Of a DNA stretch of 64,000 bases, positions 19,268 through 30,862 are shown piece by piece. A program made the position numbers and the translations under genes. The notes below the pieces were generated by a model. That model saw only the letters and a list, made by a program, of their open reading frames with translations, was not told the origin of the DNA and did not search any database. The stretch is from an uncultured Chloroflexia bacterium (lineage in GTDB: Bacteria > Chloroflexota > Chloroflexia > QHBQ01 > JADMIH01). How positions within the stretch are numbered: position 1 is the stretch's first letter; each line of letters begins with the position of its first letter. Location: the NCBI GenBank assembly GCA_963797095.1, contig CAWCNY010000002.1, positions 480,001 to 544,000 of the forward strand, in the 5' to 3' direction.

Positions 19268-20448
19268 AGAGACGCTACACCCGGCGGAAGTTCCTCGCGA
19301 TGGGCGCCGGTGCAGCGGGTGCGGCAGCGCTGGGCGTGGGCGGTATACTCGCCAACCCCTATCATGCCTCGGCTGACACGCCTGATATCCACCCTGCCTT
19401 GCTGACCACCGCCCCGCCCATCCCCGAAACGATAGGTTTCAAGATCGCCCAGATGATCCTGGTGGGTTTTCGCGGCACGGTGCTCGCTGAAGGGAGCGAA
19501 ATCTGGGAGGCGGTCCGCGATTGGCGCATCGGTGGCGTCATCCTCTTTGATAACCCCGACCCCTCAATCGGCAACATAGAATCGCCTGAGCAACTGAAGA
19601 CCCTTACCTCCTCCTTGCAGGCCCTCACCCCTGTGCCCCTCCTGATAGCCGTCGACCAGGAAGGTGGTGCAGTTGCCCGCCTCAAGCCCCGCAATGGCTT
19701 CCCCGACTCGCCATCCGAGCAGTACCTGGGCACCTTGAACGACCCGCCGGTCACTCGCAAATACGCCGAGAGAACCGCCTCGATCCTCAAAGATCACGGC
19801 ATCAACCTTAATCTCGCGCCTGTGGTGGACCTCAATACCAACCCCTCCAACCCCGTGATCGGCAGCCTGGGCCGTAGCTTCTCTGCCGACGCTGGCGTGG
19901 TGTCAACCCAATCGTTCGAGGTGCTGGCAGCGCACATGGAGCGGCGCGTATACTGCGCCCTCAAGCATTTCCCAGGCCACGGCAGCTCCACCGCCGACTC
20001 CCATGTTGGGTTCGTGGATGTAACCAACACCTGGTCCGAACTGGAACTGGACCCTTACAAGCAGATCATGGAGTGGGGCATGTGCAACGCCATCATGATC
20101 GCTCACATCTTCAATGCTCACCTCGACCCCGATTTCCCCGCCACCCTCTCTTACCCGACCGTAACCCGCCTACTGCGCGAGCAACTAGGCTACGACGGCG
20201 TGGTGATGACCGATGATATGCAGATGGGCGCTATCACCGCCTATTACTCTTTCGACAAAGCCCTTGAGCTTGCTATCAAAGCAGGAGTTGACATAATCAC
20301 AATCGGCAATAATCTCCTCTATGGGTCTAGCACCGTAACCCATGCCATCTCAGTGATCCGCGACCTCCTGGAGCGCGGCGAGATCACCTACAACCGCATA
20401 GACGAGTCGTACAGGCGCATCAAACGCCTGAAATCTTTCCTTTATTGA
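19264..20448 (+). CDS. Tat-exported GH3 beta-N-acetylhexosaminidase
   Basis: TRRKFL Tat motif; DQEGG, KHFPGHG...DSH, TDD. Confidence 0.9.
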   Translation: MKRRYTRRKFLAMGAGAAGAAALGVGGILANPYHASADTPDIHPALLTTAPPIPETIGFKIAQMILVGFRGTVLAEGSEIWEAVRDWRIGGVILFDNPDPSIGNIESPEQLKTLTSSLQALTPVPLLIAVDQEGGAVARLKPRNGFPDSPSEQYLGTLNDPPVTRKYAERTASILKDHGINLNLAPVVDLNTNPSNPVIGSLGRSFSADAGVVSTQSFEVLAAHMERRVYCALKHFPGHGSSTADSHVGFVDVTNTWSELELDPYKQIMEWGMCNAIMIAHIFNAHLDPDFPATLSYPTVTRLLREQLGYDGVVMTDDMQMGAITAYYSFDKALELAIKAGVDIITIGNNLLYGSSTVTHAISVIRDLLERGEITYNRIDESYRRIKRLKSFLY

Positions 20449-20466
20449 AAGTCTCTACTTAGCCTT

Positions 20467-21048
20467 CTACCCTTCGACCTTGGCGATTGCCTCAGTTGGC
20501 GATGCTCCGCCGTATACCACGGACATGATGCCGGGCATGTACTTATCCATCACGCCCACGTTGTCGTACACCAACCTCTTCATCAAGGCGAAGCTCAATT
20601 GAACAGGTTCCGAAGCATCCGCTTTGGGTGTTTCGGGCGTTTCAGGTGTTTCAGGTGTTTCGGCGGGTTTGCCGTCCTTCGGTGCGTCTGCGGCTGCCGG
20701 TGCCGGGGTTGGTAGCTCGTGAATTGACTTGTTGCCCTCTACATCCACGCTCGTCTTGTACCGGATCTCACCGTCGTTATAGTCCATCTCGAAATTACCT
20801 ATATACAGCCCATAATTGGCCCTGGTCAGGAAATCGGCCAGTATGGGGCGCTTGTCCTCCGGAGCTTTGATCGGGCAATAAGAATAGAAAAGCACAAGTT
20901 CCTTGTCCTCATCCGCGCGTGCCAAACAGCCCCATCTACCGTTCTGGCCCTGGAAGTTCATGCTCATCGCGGTTTGCCCCTCAAGCTGCGATGCAGGCCA
21001 ATCATCTACCTTGAAGAATTCGGCCATCGAATTGAAAATATTGCCCAT
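20467..21048 (-). CDS. YbjN domain protein with PET-repeat insertion
   Basis: FLTRANYGLYIGNFEMDYNDGEIRYKTS signature. Confidence 0.85.
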   Translation of the reverse strand: MGNIFNSMAEFFKVDDWPASQLEGQTAMSMNFQGQNGRWGCLARADEDKELVLFYSYCPIKAPEDKRPILADFLTRANYGLYIGNFEMDYNDGEIRYKTSVDVEGNKSIHELPTPAPAAADAPKDGKPAETPETPETPETPKADASEPVQLSFALMKRLVYDNVGVMDKYMPGIMSVVYGGASPTEAIAKVEG

Positions 21049-21050
21049 AG

Positions 21051-21984
21051 CTAATTCTCCTTTTGAGTAAAGATAACTTCATGCCCACATTGAGGATCGA
21101 GGCCCCGGTAGGTGGGTGTACCATTGACAACTTCGATGAGAGCCGCCACGCGATAGCGGTCGCATTCGCCACATTGAATATACACCATCAGCGGGTCGAG
21201 AGGAAAGAGTGGTAAGCGCGTGTCCTCCATTGTCGGGCGCTTTGTGTAATCAGGGGCCGCCCCCGATGGGTAAAGCAGCAGCGTCGCGGCACCCACCAGG
21301 TCCGGCGGCACCGTCAGGGGGGGCATAGGGGTTGTAGGTTTGGTGCCCATCAGCAACTGCCGTGTCTCAGGGGCATAAAGCAGGTATTCGCCCAGGAACC
21401 CTGCCGTATCGATCAGCGTAAGCAGACCCGGATACAGCGCGGTAGCCACCTGCGAGTCCAGGTCGTCGATCAGCACCTGGGGTGGCATCTTGCCGCGCCG
21501 GATGCGGTACTGGTCTACCATTTCCAGCAATATCCTCGGCGGCACGAACTGGCGCGAACCGTAATCGCCCGTATACGCCAGGTGCAACTCCATGATCCGC
21601 CTCAAAGCCTCATAAGCCGCCCCTACCTCGCTGAAATACCCGCGCAAATACCACTCGCCCATCCCGGCCACCGGGCCACCTGGCACCGCTTCCAAGGCCA
21701 TAGCGGTCCAGCCGAGCCATTGGCCGGGCAGCACCCTCCGCAGGCTTCTCAGGCTCCGGTTGAGCGTGGGGTTGGCCTCTGCCTCTCCAGTCAGCAGCGC
21801 CTGTGTATACTGCGCCACAGCCACCGCTCCCAGGTAGTATGTCAGCGTATCGGCCAGCGCCAGCGTTCCCTTGTGCCGTTCGGCCCCATCTCCCGCCCCC
21901 GAAAAAGCGCCCTCCACCGCCTGCAAAGCCCGCGCAATATGCAGCGGTAGCATCCGGTCAGGCTGTCCAGGCGCTCTCCCCATA
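21051..21984 (-). CDS. Hypothetical protein with helical N-terminus and C-terminal CxxC...CGH (possible Zn site)
   Basis: Long ORF ending 2 nt before ybjN; gagagggg upstream of the ATG. Confidence 0.7.
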
Positions 21985-22050
21985 ACCAAAATTGTAGCAA
22001 TTGCCCCCTCTCTTGACAACCCACTCGCGGCCTTGCTACTATGAAGTTGG

Positions 22051-22105
22051 AGTGACGAGTGACGAGTAGCGAGTTTCGATTCCTACCATCATCTACCGAC
22101 TACCA
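22051..22105. repeat. Heptamer-repeat tract
   Basis: agtgacg agtgacg agtagcg agt followed by ctaccga units. Confidence 0.7.
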
Positions 22106-22125
22106 GCAACTTCCGGAGTGTACAC

Positions 22126-22692
22126 ATGTCGGACAACACTACATCCAACTCAGGAGACCCTGACCACCCTTACCGTGGTCTGCCCCTTCCTGCGTCTTAC
22201 CAGTCCGACAATTTCGCTCCTCCCCCTCCACCCTCCAACACCGACTACAGGCACGCCCGCTTTCGCGATGCTCACGCCCGGTTCGCTGATTTCAAGTCGC
22301 AGCGTACCCTCACGCCCGTCCAACCGCACCCGCCTTCTTCTACATCAAGCCCGCGCCTGGTTGTAGTGGGCGTCTGTTCTTCGGGCAAGTCCACCCTCGT
22401 GAGTGCCCTCCGCGAGCGCGGTTACAATGCCGCCGCCGTCTCGCAAGAGCACTCCTATGTATCCAGCCTCTGGCAGCGGTCCAACCCCGACGTACTTATC
22501 TACCTCGATGCATCTCTCCGCACTATCAGAAATCGCGGCAGGCGGCGCTGGTCTCAATCCCTACTCGATGAAGAACATCGCAGGCTAGGGCACGCCCGCC
22601 ACCACTCCGACCTCTACATCCCAACCGACGGCCTCTCCCCCCACGATATAGCCTCAAGAGTGCTGACATTCCTGAGTAAACGTGACGAGTGA
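22126..22692 (+). CDS. Small P-loop (nucleotide-kinase-like) protein
   Basis: VVVGVCSSGKST Walker A; IYLDAS. Confidence 0.75.
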   Translation: MSDNTTSNSGDPDHPYRGLPLPASYQSDNFAPPPPPSNTDYRHARFRDAHARFADFKSQRTLTPVQPHPPSSTSSPRLVVVGVCSSGKSTLVSALRERGYNAAAVSQEHSYVSSLWQRSNPDVLIYLDASLRTIRNRGRRRWSQSLLDEEHRRLGHARHHSDLYIPTDGLSPHDIASRVLTFLSKRDE

Positions 22693-22748
22693 CGAGTGAC
22701 GAGTGACGAGTAGCAAGCGATAGAATAAGCAATACGCAGTACGCAATA
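22682..22748. repeat. Heptamer-repeat tract that supplies the stop codon
   Basis: (gtgacga)4 followed by aatacgc agtacgc units. Confidence 0.8.
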
Positions 22749-22779
22749 TCCAAGCCTCACCCACAATGAAGTAGGTAGC

Positions 22780-24507
<1,728 letters not shown>

Positions 24508-24797
24508 GTCACAACCTGATAACGGAACAAACGGCCACTGCCGCTAAATCTTGCGGATATACCCGTAGGGCTTATGCATGCTAAATCAGAACGGCCAACG
24601 AGATCAGGTTCGCATGCGTAGCCGGGCTGTAGCTGTAGCTCGGGCGGGCAACCCTTCGTGCATGGCTACTTCACTAGCGAGGGGCAGCGAATTAGCACGC
24701 ATAAGCCCTAGATATACCCGCTCTACCTGACATCCGGTCATAAATAGGAGGGGTAGGGATGAGGTAGAATCAAGCACCAACGAAATAGGAGGACTGC

Positions 24798-25237
24798 ATG
24801 ACCGCAGCAGCCGCCCAATCAGTGTTGCTTGAAGAATACATTGTACGGGTACGCTTCGTATTGTGCAGGTATGCTTGGAGCGCGGTCTGCCCCGTCCGGA
24901 ATTCCGCTCAGAAATGGGTGAATTCATAGTCAGTTTCAGGAAAGCCGAGGCGCAGATTGAGCCCACGCTTCCGGAGCTTGAACCTAGGCAAGCGCGCGCC
25001 TTGGAGTATGCAAGGGAAAAGGGTGAGATCACAAGCGTTGACTATAGCCAACTTTTCGGTGTTTCCCGCAGGCAGGCCCTCACAGATTTGAACAAGCTTA
25101 CGAAACAAGGCGTGTTGTTACGTATGGGTCGGGGTCGCTCCACGCGATTTGTTCCAGCACGTATTACTGGTACTCTCAATGTTGTGCTTGGAGAATTGAC
25201 AGCATCAGCCCATAACGAAGGTTCAACTCAATCCTGA
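24798..25237 (+). pseudogene. Internally deleted RecG-C/ATP-binding HTH regulator (short RBS-preceded start fused out of frame to the C-terminal part)
   Basis: aggagg-ATG at 24798; another frame reads TGTLRIVQVCLERGLPRPEF...ITSVDYSQLFGVSRRQALTDL...GRGRSTRF. Confidence 0.65.
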
Positions 25238-25260
25238 TTATGCTAGGAACTAGCCTAGTG

Positions 25261-25317
25261 CTGGAAGAAACTGCGAGAAACTGCGAGAAACTGCGAGAAA
25301 CTGCGAGAAACTGGAAG
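25261..25317. repeat. Decamer tandem repeat (ctgcgagaaa)4 flanked by ctggaag variants
   Basis: Read directly. Confidence 0.9.
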
Positions 25318-25389
25318 CATCCTGGAGCAATGTACAGAAAGCTATACAGTTCCGAAGAAATCAGATAAAACATCATAACGACTGTACTT

Positions 25390-25523
25390 ATGAACACCTA
25401 CACCGAAGATGACCTAATCGAACAGCCCGCCATAGCCCTCTTCCAATCCCTCGGCTGGCAGTACCTCAACTGCTTGCCGCACTCGCGACTTGCTGTTGCC
25501 TGGGCAGATTTCAGGCGGGAGAT
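25390..25523 (+). pseudogene. Type I R-M remnant copy 1: hsdR 5' end fused to hsdS 3' end
   Basis: Encodes MNTYTEDDLIEQPAIALFQSLGWQYLNC, then RTRDLLLPGQISG in another frame. Confidence 0.75.
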
Positions 25524-25674
25524 CCTGTAAACTTGCAGACTAAGTTGAGAGTGGATCGGGTATGACTGAGACGTACAGCCTCAAGCCAGCTGACGGTGGT
25601 ATCGCGACAGAAGCAATGGATCTGGGATAGTACTTGCACCGCACATATGTCCAATATACGACTGGAGTTGATTC

Positions 25675-27807
25675 ATGCAAAATCCAAAAAAGCTGAGTTC
25701 GTCCCGCTGGCAAGATACCCTGAACGCCACGAGGAAGCTGCTGGCTAAGATCCCCCGCGACTGGCCCATATATCAATCGATTGACAGATGCTCTACCGAG
25801 CTAGAGCGGCTCTTCCGGGGCGTCCCCGTAATCCGACAGAGTGGAGCCCCCGCCTCGATCATTGATAGTTTCGTTCAAGAAGCCGAGGTCGCGCTGATCA
25901 CCCTCTATCGGATAACCTATAGAGTGGCAGGCGTCGTAAAGCTCGCCGTTGAGCAGAGTAGTATAGCTGGCAAATTGAGTGCACAAACCCAAAGAGTCGA
26001 TAGCTTAACCGCAGCAGCTAAACAGGCTCGAACCGCCATGGCGGAAATAGCACTTTCGGACGCGGACAATAGAAACCTTGATAAAGCTGCATTAGGGCTG
26101 AATGCACTCACACAGGCGAGCCGAGATGCCCAGGTAGATGCATCTGCTGCCGATGTCCCTCCGCCCAAGAGAGCTGTGGGAACTGGACCCATTATCCTGG
26201 GCCTGGTGAGTTTGTTCGGAGTGGTCATTATAGTAATCGTTGTGGCCCTCATCTTGATGAATTCAAATAACTCCGCGAAGTCTCAGGTGGGAACGCCAAC
26301 CGCCGTTGCCGCCCTTGTTGATACTCCTGTGCCTCAACCGACCCACGAAGCAACGTCGGCGCTTCCCACCTCCACGGCTCTTGCGTCTTCGCCACAGCCA
26401 CCGGAGCTACCCACAGATACAGCTGTGCCGCCGGTGCCCACCGATACCATTCCCCTCCCAACCGAGACAGTTGCGCTAAATCCCACGTCGACGGCCCCTG
26501 CTCCGACCCAGACCCTACCACCCAGTGCCCCACAACAAGCCGATACGCCACCCGACTTAATCAGCACATCGTCCTTGGCCTCCACGGTCGACAGCGCGCA
26601 CCCCTACGAGGCGAGCACGGACAAAACCTGGCTCATACCTGCGGCTGACAGCGAAGCTGGGGCTGTGCGCCTCCACTTTTCTCGCATTGACGTGGAAAAA
26701 GATGTAGATTGGGTGATCATCATGGATGTATCTGACAATGAGATGCAGCGATTCACAGGTACTTACCCTGATGGAGTATGGACCGACCCAGTACCGGGTA
26801 GCTTCGTCAAAGTACGACTGCTAACTGATAAGTCGGTGCAGATGTCAGGATTCAGTGCGGACGAAGTGGGTGCGGTTCGCTTCACGACACTCTCTTATAG
26901 TCCTCACCCCTATTTGCCTCAGTCGCAGCAAAAGTGGCTATTCAGCAACAGCGACCCGAACGCCAGTGGCACTCGGATTCACTTTTCCCGGGTTGACCTA
27001 GAAGATGGCGTTGACTGGCTCGTGGTATCGGGCGTGGATGGCACGCCTTACCAATGGATCACCGGCCACCACCCTGAGGGTATGTGGACGCTCGCCGTCT
27101 CTGGGGGCGTAATCAATGTGCAGTTGGTGAGCGATGCCACAGTGGGCGATTGGGGCTTCAACGCAGACCAGCTCGAAACCGCACCGCCTGACGCTGCCCA
27201 GCCACGCCCCCAACCCGACAAGGCACTGGCGGAATCGCCCCACCCTTATACTAACAAGACAGACACGACGGTCCTGACCAATCCTGACCCAAGTGCCGCA
27301 TTCAGCAAAGTGCACATCTCGCGGCTGGACTTCTATTACGGGCAACTGGTGCTGCTCGACGGCAATGATAATCCAGTTCAACAGATCAACGGGCACAAAA
27401 GAGACTTCTGGAGCGATGACATCCCTGGACGTGTTGTCAAAGTGCGAATTGAGGGGAGTGACTACAACGACTGGGGCTTCCGAGTAGACCAATTAGCAAG
27501 CGGCTCTACGAAGAAATCCCTCGCGGAGTCGAAGCACCCTTACACCAACGAAACCCAGAACTGGACCCTGGTGAATTCTGACCCAAGTGCCGCATTCAGC
27601 AAAGTGCACATCTCGCGGCTGGACTTCTATTACGGGCAACTGGTGCTGCTCGACGGCAATGATAATCCAGTCCAACAGATCAACGGGCACAAAAGAGACT
27701 TCTGGAGCGATGACATCCCTGGACGTGTTGTCAAAGTGCGAATTGAGGGGAGTGACTACAACGACTGGGGCTTCCGGATAGATCAATTGGCAGATGGTGG
27801 ACCATGA
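25675..27807 (+). CDS. Membrane-anchored protein with Pro/Thr linker and four CUB-like domains
   Basis: TM helix at about aa 170-195; repeated SxHPY...HFSR...G...WGFxxD units. Confidence 0.75.
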   Translation: MQNPKKLSSSRWQDTLNATRKLLAKIPRDWPIYQSIDRCSTELERLFRGVPVIRQSGAPASIIDSFVQEAEVALITLYRITYRVAGVVKLAVEQSSIAGKLSAQTQRVDSLTAAAKQARTAMAEIALSDADNRNLDKAALGLNALTQASRDAQVDASAADVPPPKRAVGTGPIILGLVSLFGVVIIVIVVALILMNSNNSAKSQVGTPTAVAALVDTPVPQPTHEATSALPTSTALASSPQPPELPTDTAVPPVPTDTIPLPTETVALNPTSTAPAPTQTLPPSAPQQADTPPDLISTSSLASTVDSAHPYEASTDKTWLIPAADSEAGAVRLHFSRIDVEKDVDWVIIMDVSDNEMQRFTGTYPDGVWTDPVPGSFVKVRLLTDKSVQMSGFSADEVGAVRFTTLSYSPHPYLPQSQQKWLFSNSDPNASGTRIHFSRVDLEDGVDWLVVSGVDGTPYQWITGHHPEGMWTLAVSGGVINVQLVSDATVGDWGFNADQLETAPPDAAQPRPQPDKALAESPHPYTNKTDTTVLTNPDPSAAFSKVHISRLDFYYGQLVLLDGNDNPVQQINGHKRDFWSDDIPGRVVKVRIEGSDYNDWGFRVDQLASGSTKKSLAESKHPYTNETQNWTLVNSDPSAAFSKVHISRLDFYYGQLVLLDGNDNPVQQINGHKRDFWSDDIPGRVVKVRIEGSDYNDWGFRIDQLADGGP
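27284..27776 (+). repeat. Intragenic 199-bp duplication (27284-27482 / 27578-27776)
   Basis: One synonymous mismatch seen (gtt/gtc). Confidence 0.9.
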
Positions 27808-27863
27808 TCGGATCACTGGCCTAACCCTTGTAAATCTGCTTCCAGGTATAGACCGGAGGGAGA

Positions 27864-28020
27864 ATGAACACCTACACCGAAGACGCTCTAATCGAACAGA
27901 CCGCCATAGCCCTCTTCCAACCCCCTGGTTGGGAGTACCTCAACTGCTATTGCCCGTTCGCCAACCTTCGCCGCACTCGCGATTTGCTGTTGCCTAAGTT
28001 GATCTCATTCGAGGATCTAA
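27864..28020 (+). pseudogene. Type I R-M remnant copy 2: hsdR 5' end fused to hsdS 3' end
   Basis: MNTYTEDALIEQTAIALFQPPGWEYLNCY + NLRRTRDLLLPKLIS; ggaggg RBS. Confidence 0.8.
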
Positions 28021-28038
28021 GATTGGAGATTTCGCATT

Positions 28039-28730
28039 ATGCTGCTCAGACCTATTGAAAAGATGTGGGAACGAGTCAACACGACCCGACAAGATTCTGA
28101 CATTGCACTTTTCTTTGACCTTTTGTATCTGGGCGAGATGGTGGTCAAGCTAACCACACTCGCTTTTGTTGCTGCTATAGATGATAACCGAGATCGAACA
28201 AGATATGCTCAGTATTATAGGTTAGTACGTGCCGATGGTCTTGGCGAATGGACAGATGTTCTCAACGAAGTATTATCAGGATCAGCTTCATTCTATCTCA
28301 ATAGTGAGGTACGCAAAGAGCAAAAGGTGCTAACGCAGAACTTAGATGCCGTGTCGTGGCAATATCAAGCGGTAGAAAAACTCTACCATTGTCTGGATGC
28401 CCTTAGCTTGCCACATGACAAGTTACAAGGCAAAGTCAATGCCCAAAAATGGTTTTCATGGTTTGCGTACTTACGCAACAAGACGCGAGGTCATGGGGCA
28501 CCATCCGGTGTTGCGTGCAGCAATGCATCCGTACCCCTTGAAGCCTCTATTCGGCTCATGATTGATAATCTCCTCATATTTGAACGCCAATGGGCCTACT
28601 TGCATAGAAAACTTTCTGGTAAGTACAGAGTGACTGCGCTCAGTCAATCAGCGGATCTATTTGAACCTTTGAAGAGTGCACGCAGCGGACCCACGCCTAA
28701 TCTTAGAAACGGCATTTACATATACCTCGA
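28039..28730 (+). pseudogene. N-terminal fragment of a probable defence protein (HEPN-like RNKTRGH; resembles N-termini of NB-ARC proteins)
   Basis: Lower-GC ORF running into helicase DNA at ~28730; family assignment is from recall only. Confidence 0.5.
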
Positions 28731-30761
28731 CAGACCAGTCCGAACTCATCAAGGCGATGCTGCCCGCAGACGGACGTGTGGTTGTAGTGGGCGACGACCT
28801 GCAGTGTGCAGTGCATCTATACCTGGCGCGGCAGCGATGTAACTCGGGACCTGCGGTTCCCTGACGAGTTCACCAACTCCAGCATATTTCGCCTCTCCAC
28901 AAACTATCGCTCGCGCCCGCCGATAGTCAACCTTGCCAACCAGATTGCCAGCAGCATCGAATTGCGAGATCGCATCAAAGTGATGAGGCCCGGGCGCGAG
29001 CGTGCTGAGGGCAGACCCGTTCACTGGCTAAGCCTGAATAGCCTGGAGGAGCAGGCTCGCGCTGTCACCGAAATCGTGCAACGCTTCGCGTCAGAAGGTG
29101 TTCCTTACAACAAGATGGCCATACTTCTCCGCTCTGTCGTGAAGTCGGGCAAGTCTTTTGTTGACGCCCTCACGGCCGCGGGTGTGCCTGTGCAGTGCCC
29201 TGTGCTCGATCGAGGCGGGAGTTTCATGACAGAGTTCATTCTCCCGGTGTTCGAGTTCCTCTCCCGGCAAAGACCTACCGGCGCACCGTGGGAGTGGGCA
29301 ACTCGGGAACTTTGGAAGGAGGCAGGTCCATGGGTGCGCTCTTCGGAGCAAGCATTCCGGGACGCCTTGGCGCGGTGGGATGCAGTTATTGCCGGGGAGA
29401 AGAATGCCGCATACAATGTGCGCGGCAGGCTTTATGACTTCCTGAACGGGTCTGGTGTACGCATGAGAGCCGAGGATCGCAGCCTCATGGCTGCTATGGG
29501 TGTGGTTTCACAGATCATCCGTAGTATGGAGGAGATACACCGTCGTCGCCTAAAGGACCATAAGCGGCGGGGTTCGCGCACGGTTATGGCCGACATCTAT
29601 CGGGCGATACAGCGTAACTGGCAGAAGTTCGGGGAGAGTGCGCCAATCTCAATTGGCGGGGAGGGCGTCTTCGTCAACACTGTGCACCAGGCCAAAGGGT
29701 TGGAATGGCCCGTTGTGATCTTACCCATGCTCATGGACGGCCTCTTCCCGGTAGCTGAGCGCCCTTCCGACAGCCACTTCCCACCTGAGATAGCGAATCG
29801 ATATGCAACCGACATAGAGGACGAGCGGCGTCTATTCTATGTGGCCGCCACCCGCGCAAAAGAGAGGCTCTTCCTCTTGGACGGTACCCGCCGATTTGAG
29901 GCAAAGCGCTCGATCTTCCTGCACGAGTTGGCGGAGTTGGGCGCTATCACGGTTGAGAACCTGGCCGATATCGCACCTGCGGTCTGGCGAATCGAAGCGG
30001 CTGACTTACGGGACTCGGGCGTCGAGCCTTTGCGGGTGGGGTTGTCCGATATACTGCTCTATCTTGAGTGCCCTTACCAGTACGGGCTGCGCAGAATCGT
30101 AGCAGTGCAACCAGACGTGGGAGTGGAGCTCAATTTTGGGAAAGGGTTGCACGAGCTCATACAGCGCCGGATTGAAGCTGGCCGTGACTGGACACCTGTC
30201 GAATTGCGTGCGCATGTCGAGGAGCACGTCGTACTACCATTCATGTCCGAACAGAAAGAAGGTGAGGCCAAAGCTGTGATAGAGGGCTACGTCCAAAGCT
30301 TGCAGAGGGCAGGCGCCGCCCGGCGGTCCCAGCCGGAAGTGGACATAGAAGTAATGCTGGAACATGGCATAGTGCATACCGTCGTCGACCGCGTGCAGAT
30401 AGGGGACGACGGTACTCTCCAGGTCACAGACTGGAAGACACAAATAGACCCTCGATATGTGGCCCGCTATGAGCGCCAGGTACAGTTCTATACTCAGGGA
30501 TTGCGACAGCACGGTCACCAAGTTTCAAGGGCGGAAATTGTGGATGTCACGGCGTCCTCCCGAGCTGGTAAGGTTGTAGCCTGGAATGTGAACATCGAGG
30601 AACAGACCCTCGCCAGCCTGCTCCGTGACTTGAACGCCGCTATACGAGAGATATCCCAGAGGAACTTGCCCCCTCGACCCAGCGCCACCACTTGCGGATG
30701 CTGCGACGTATTCAAGATATGCGGTGAAAGGTATGACGCGATCCGTGGACATGGAGGGTAG
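28730..30761 (+). pseudogene. 5'-truncated UvrD/SF1 helicase fused to a PD-(D/E)XK nuclease, frameshifted by a 7-nt duplication
   Basis: VVGDDLQ-CIYTWRG, NYRS, TVHQAKGLEW, ERRLFYVAATRA; CPY, DRV, DWKT, CxxCDxxxxC; no Walker A/B. Confidence 0.85.
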
Positions 30762-30862
30762 AAAAGAACGCGTTGCGTGGCCTATTAGGCGTCTAGATGG
30801 CAGCTCCCCAAGATGACTTCGCAGACCCTTGGCAACCCCTCTGGTAATCTTCGTCAGATCCC

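Noticed and set aside
25261-25317. Decamer array or heptamer arrays as CRISPR
   Set aside because: Units are too short and adjacent, with no unique spacers and no cas genes in the window
25390-28020. Repeats as integron attC sites
   Set aside because: No RYYYAAC/GTTRRRY palindromic layout, no integron integrase, and the repeats translate as hsd fragments
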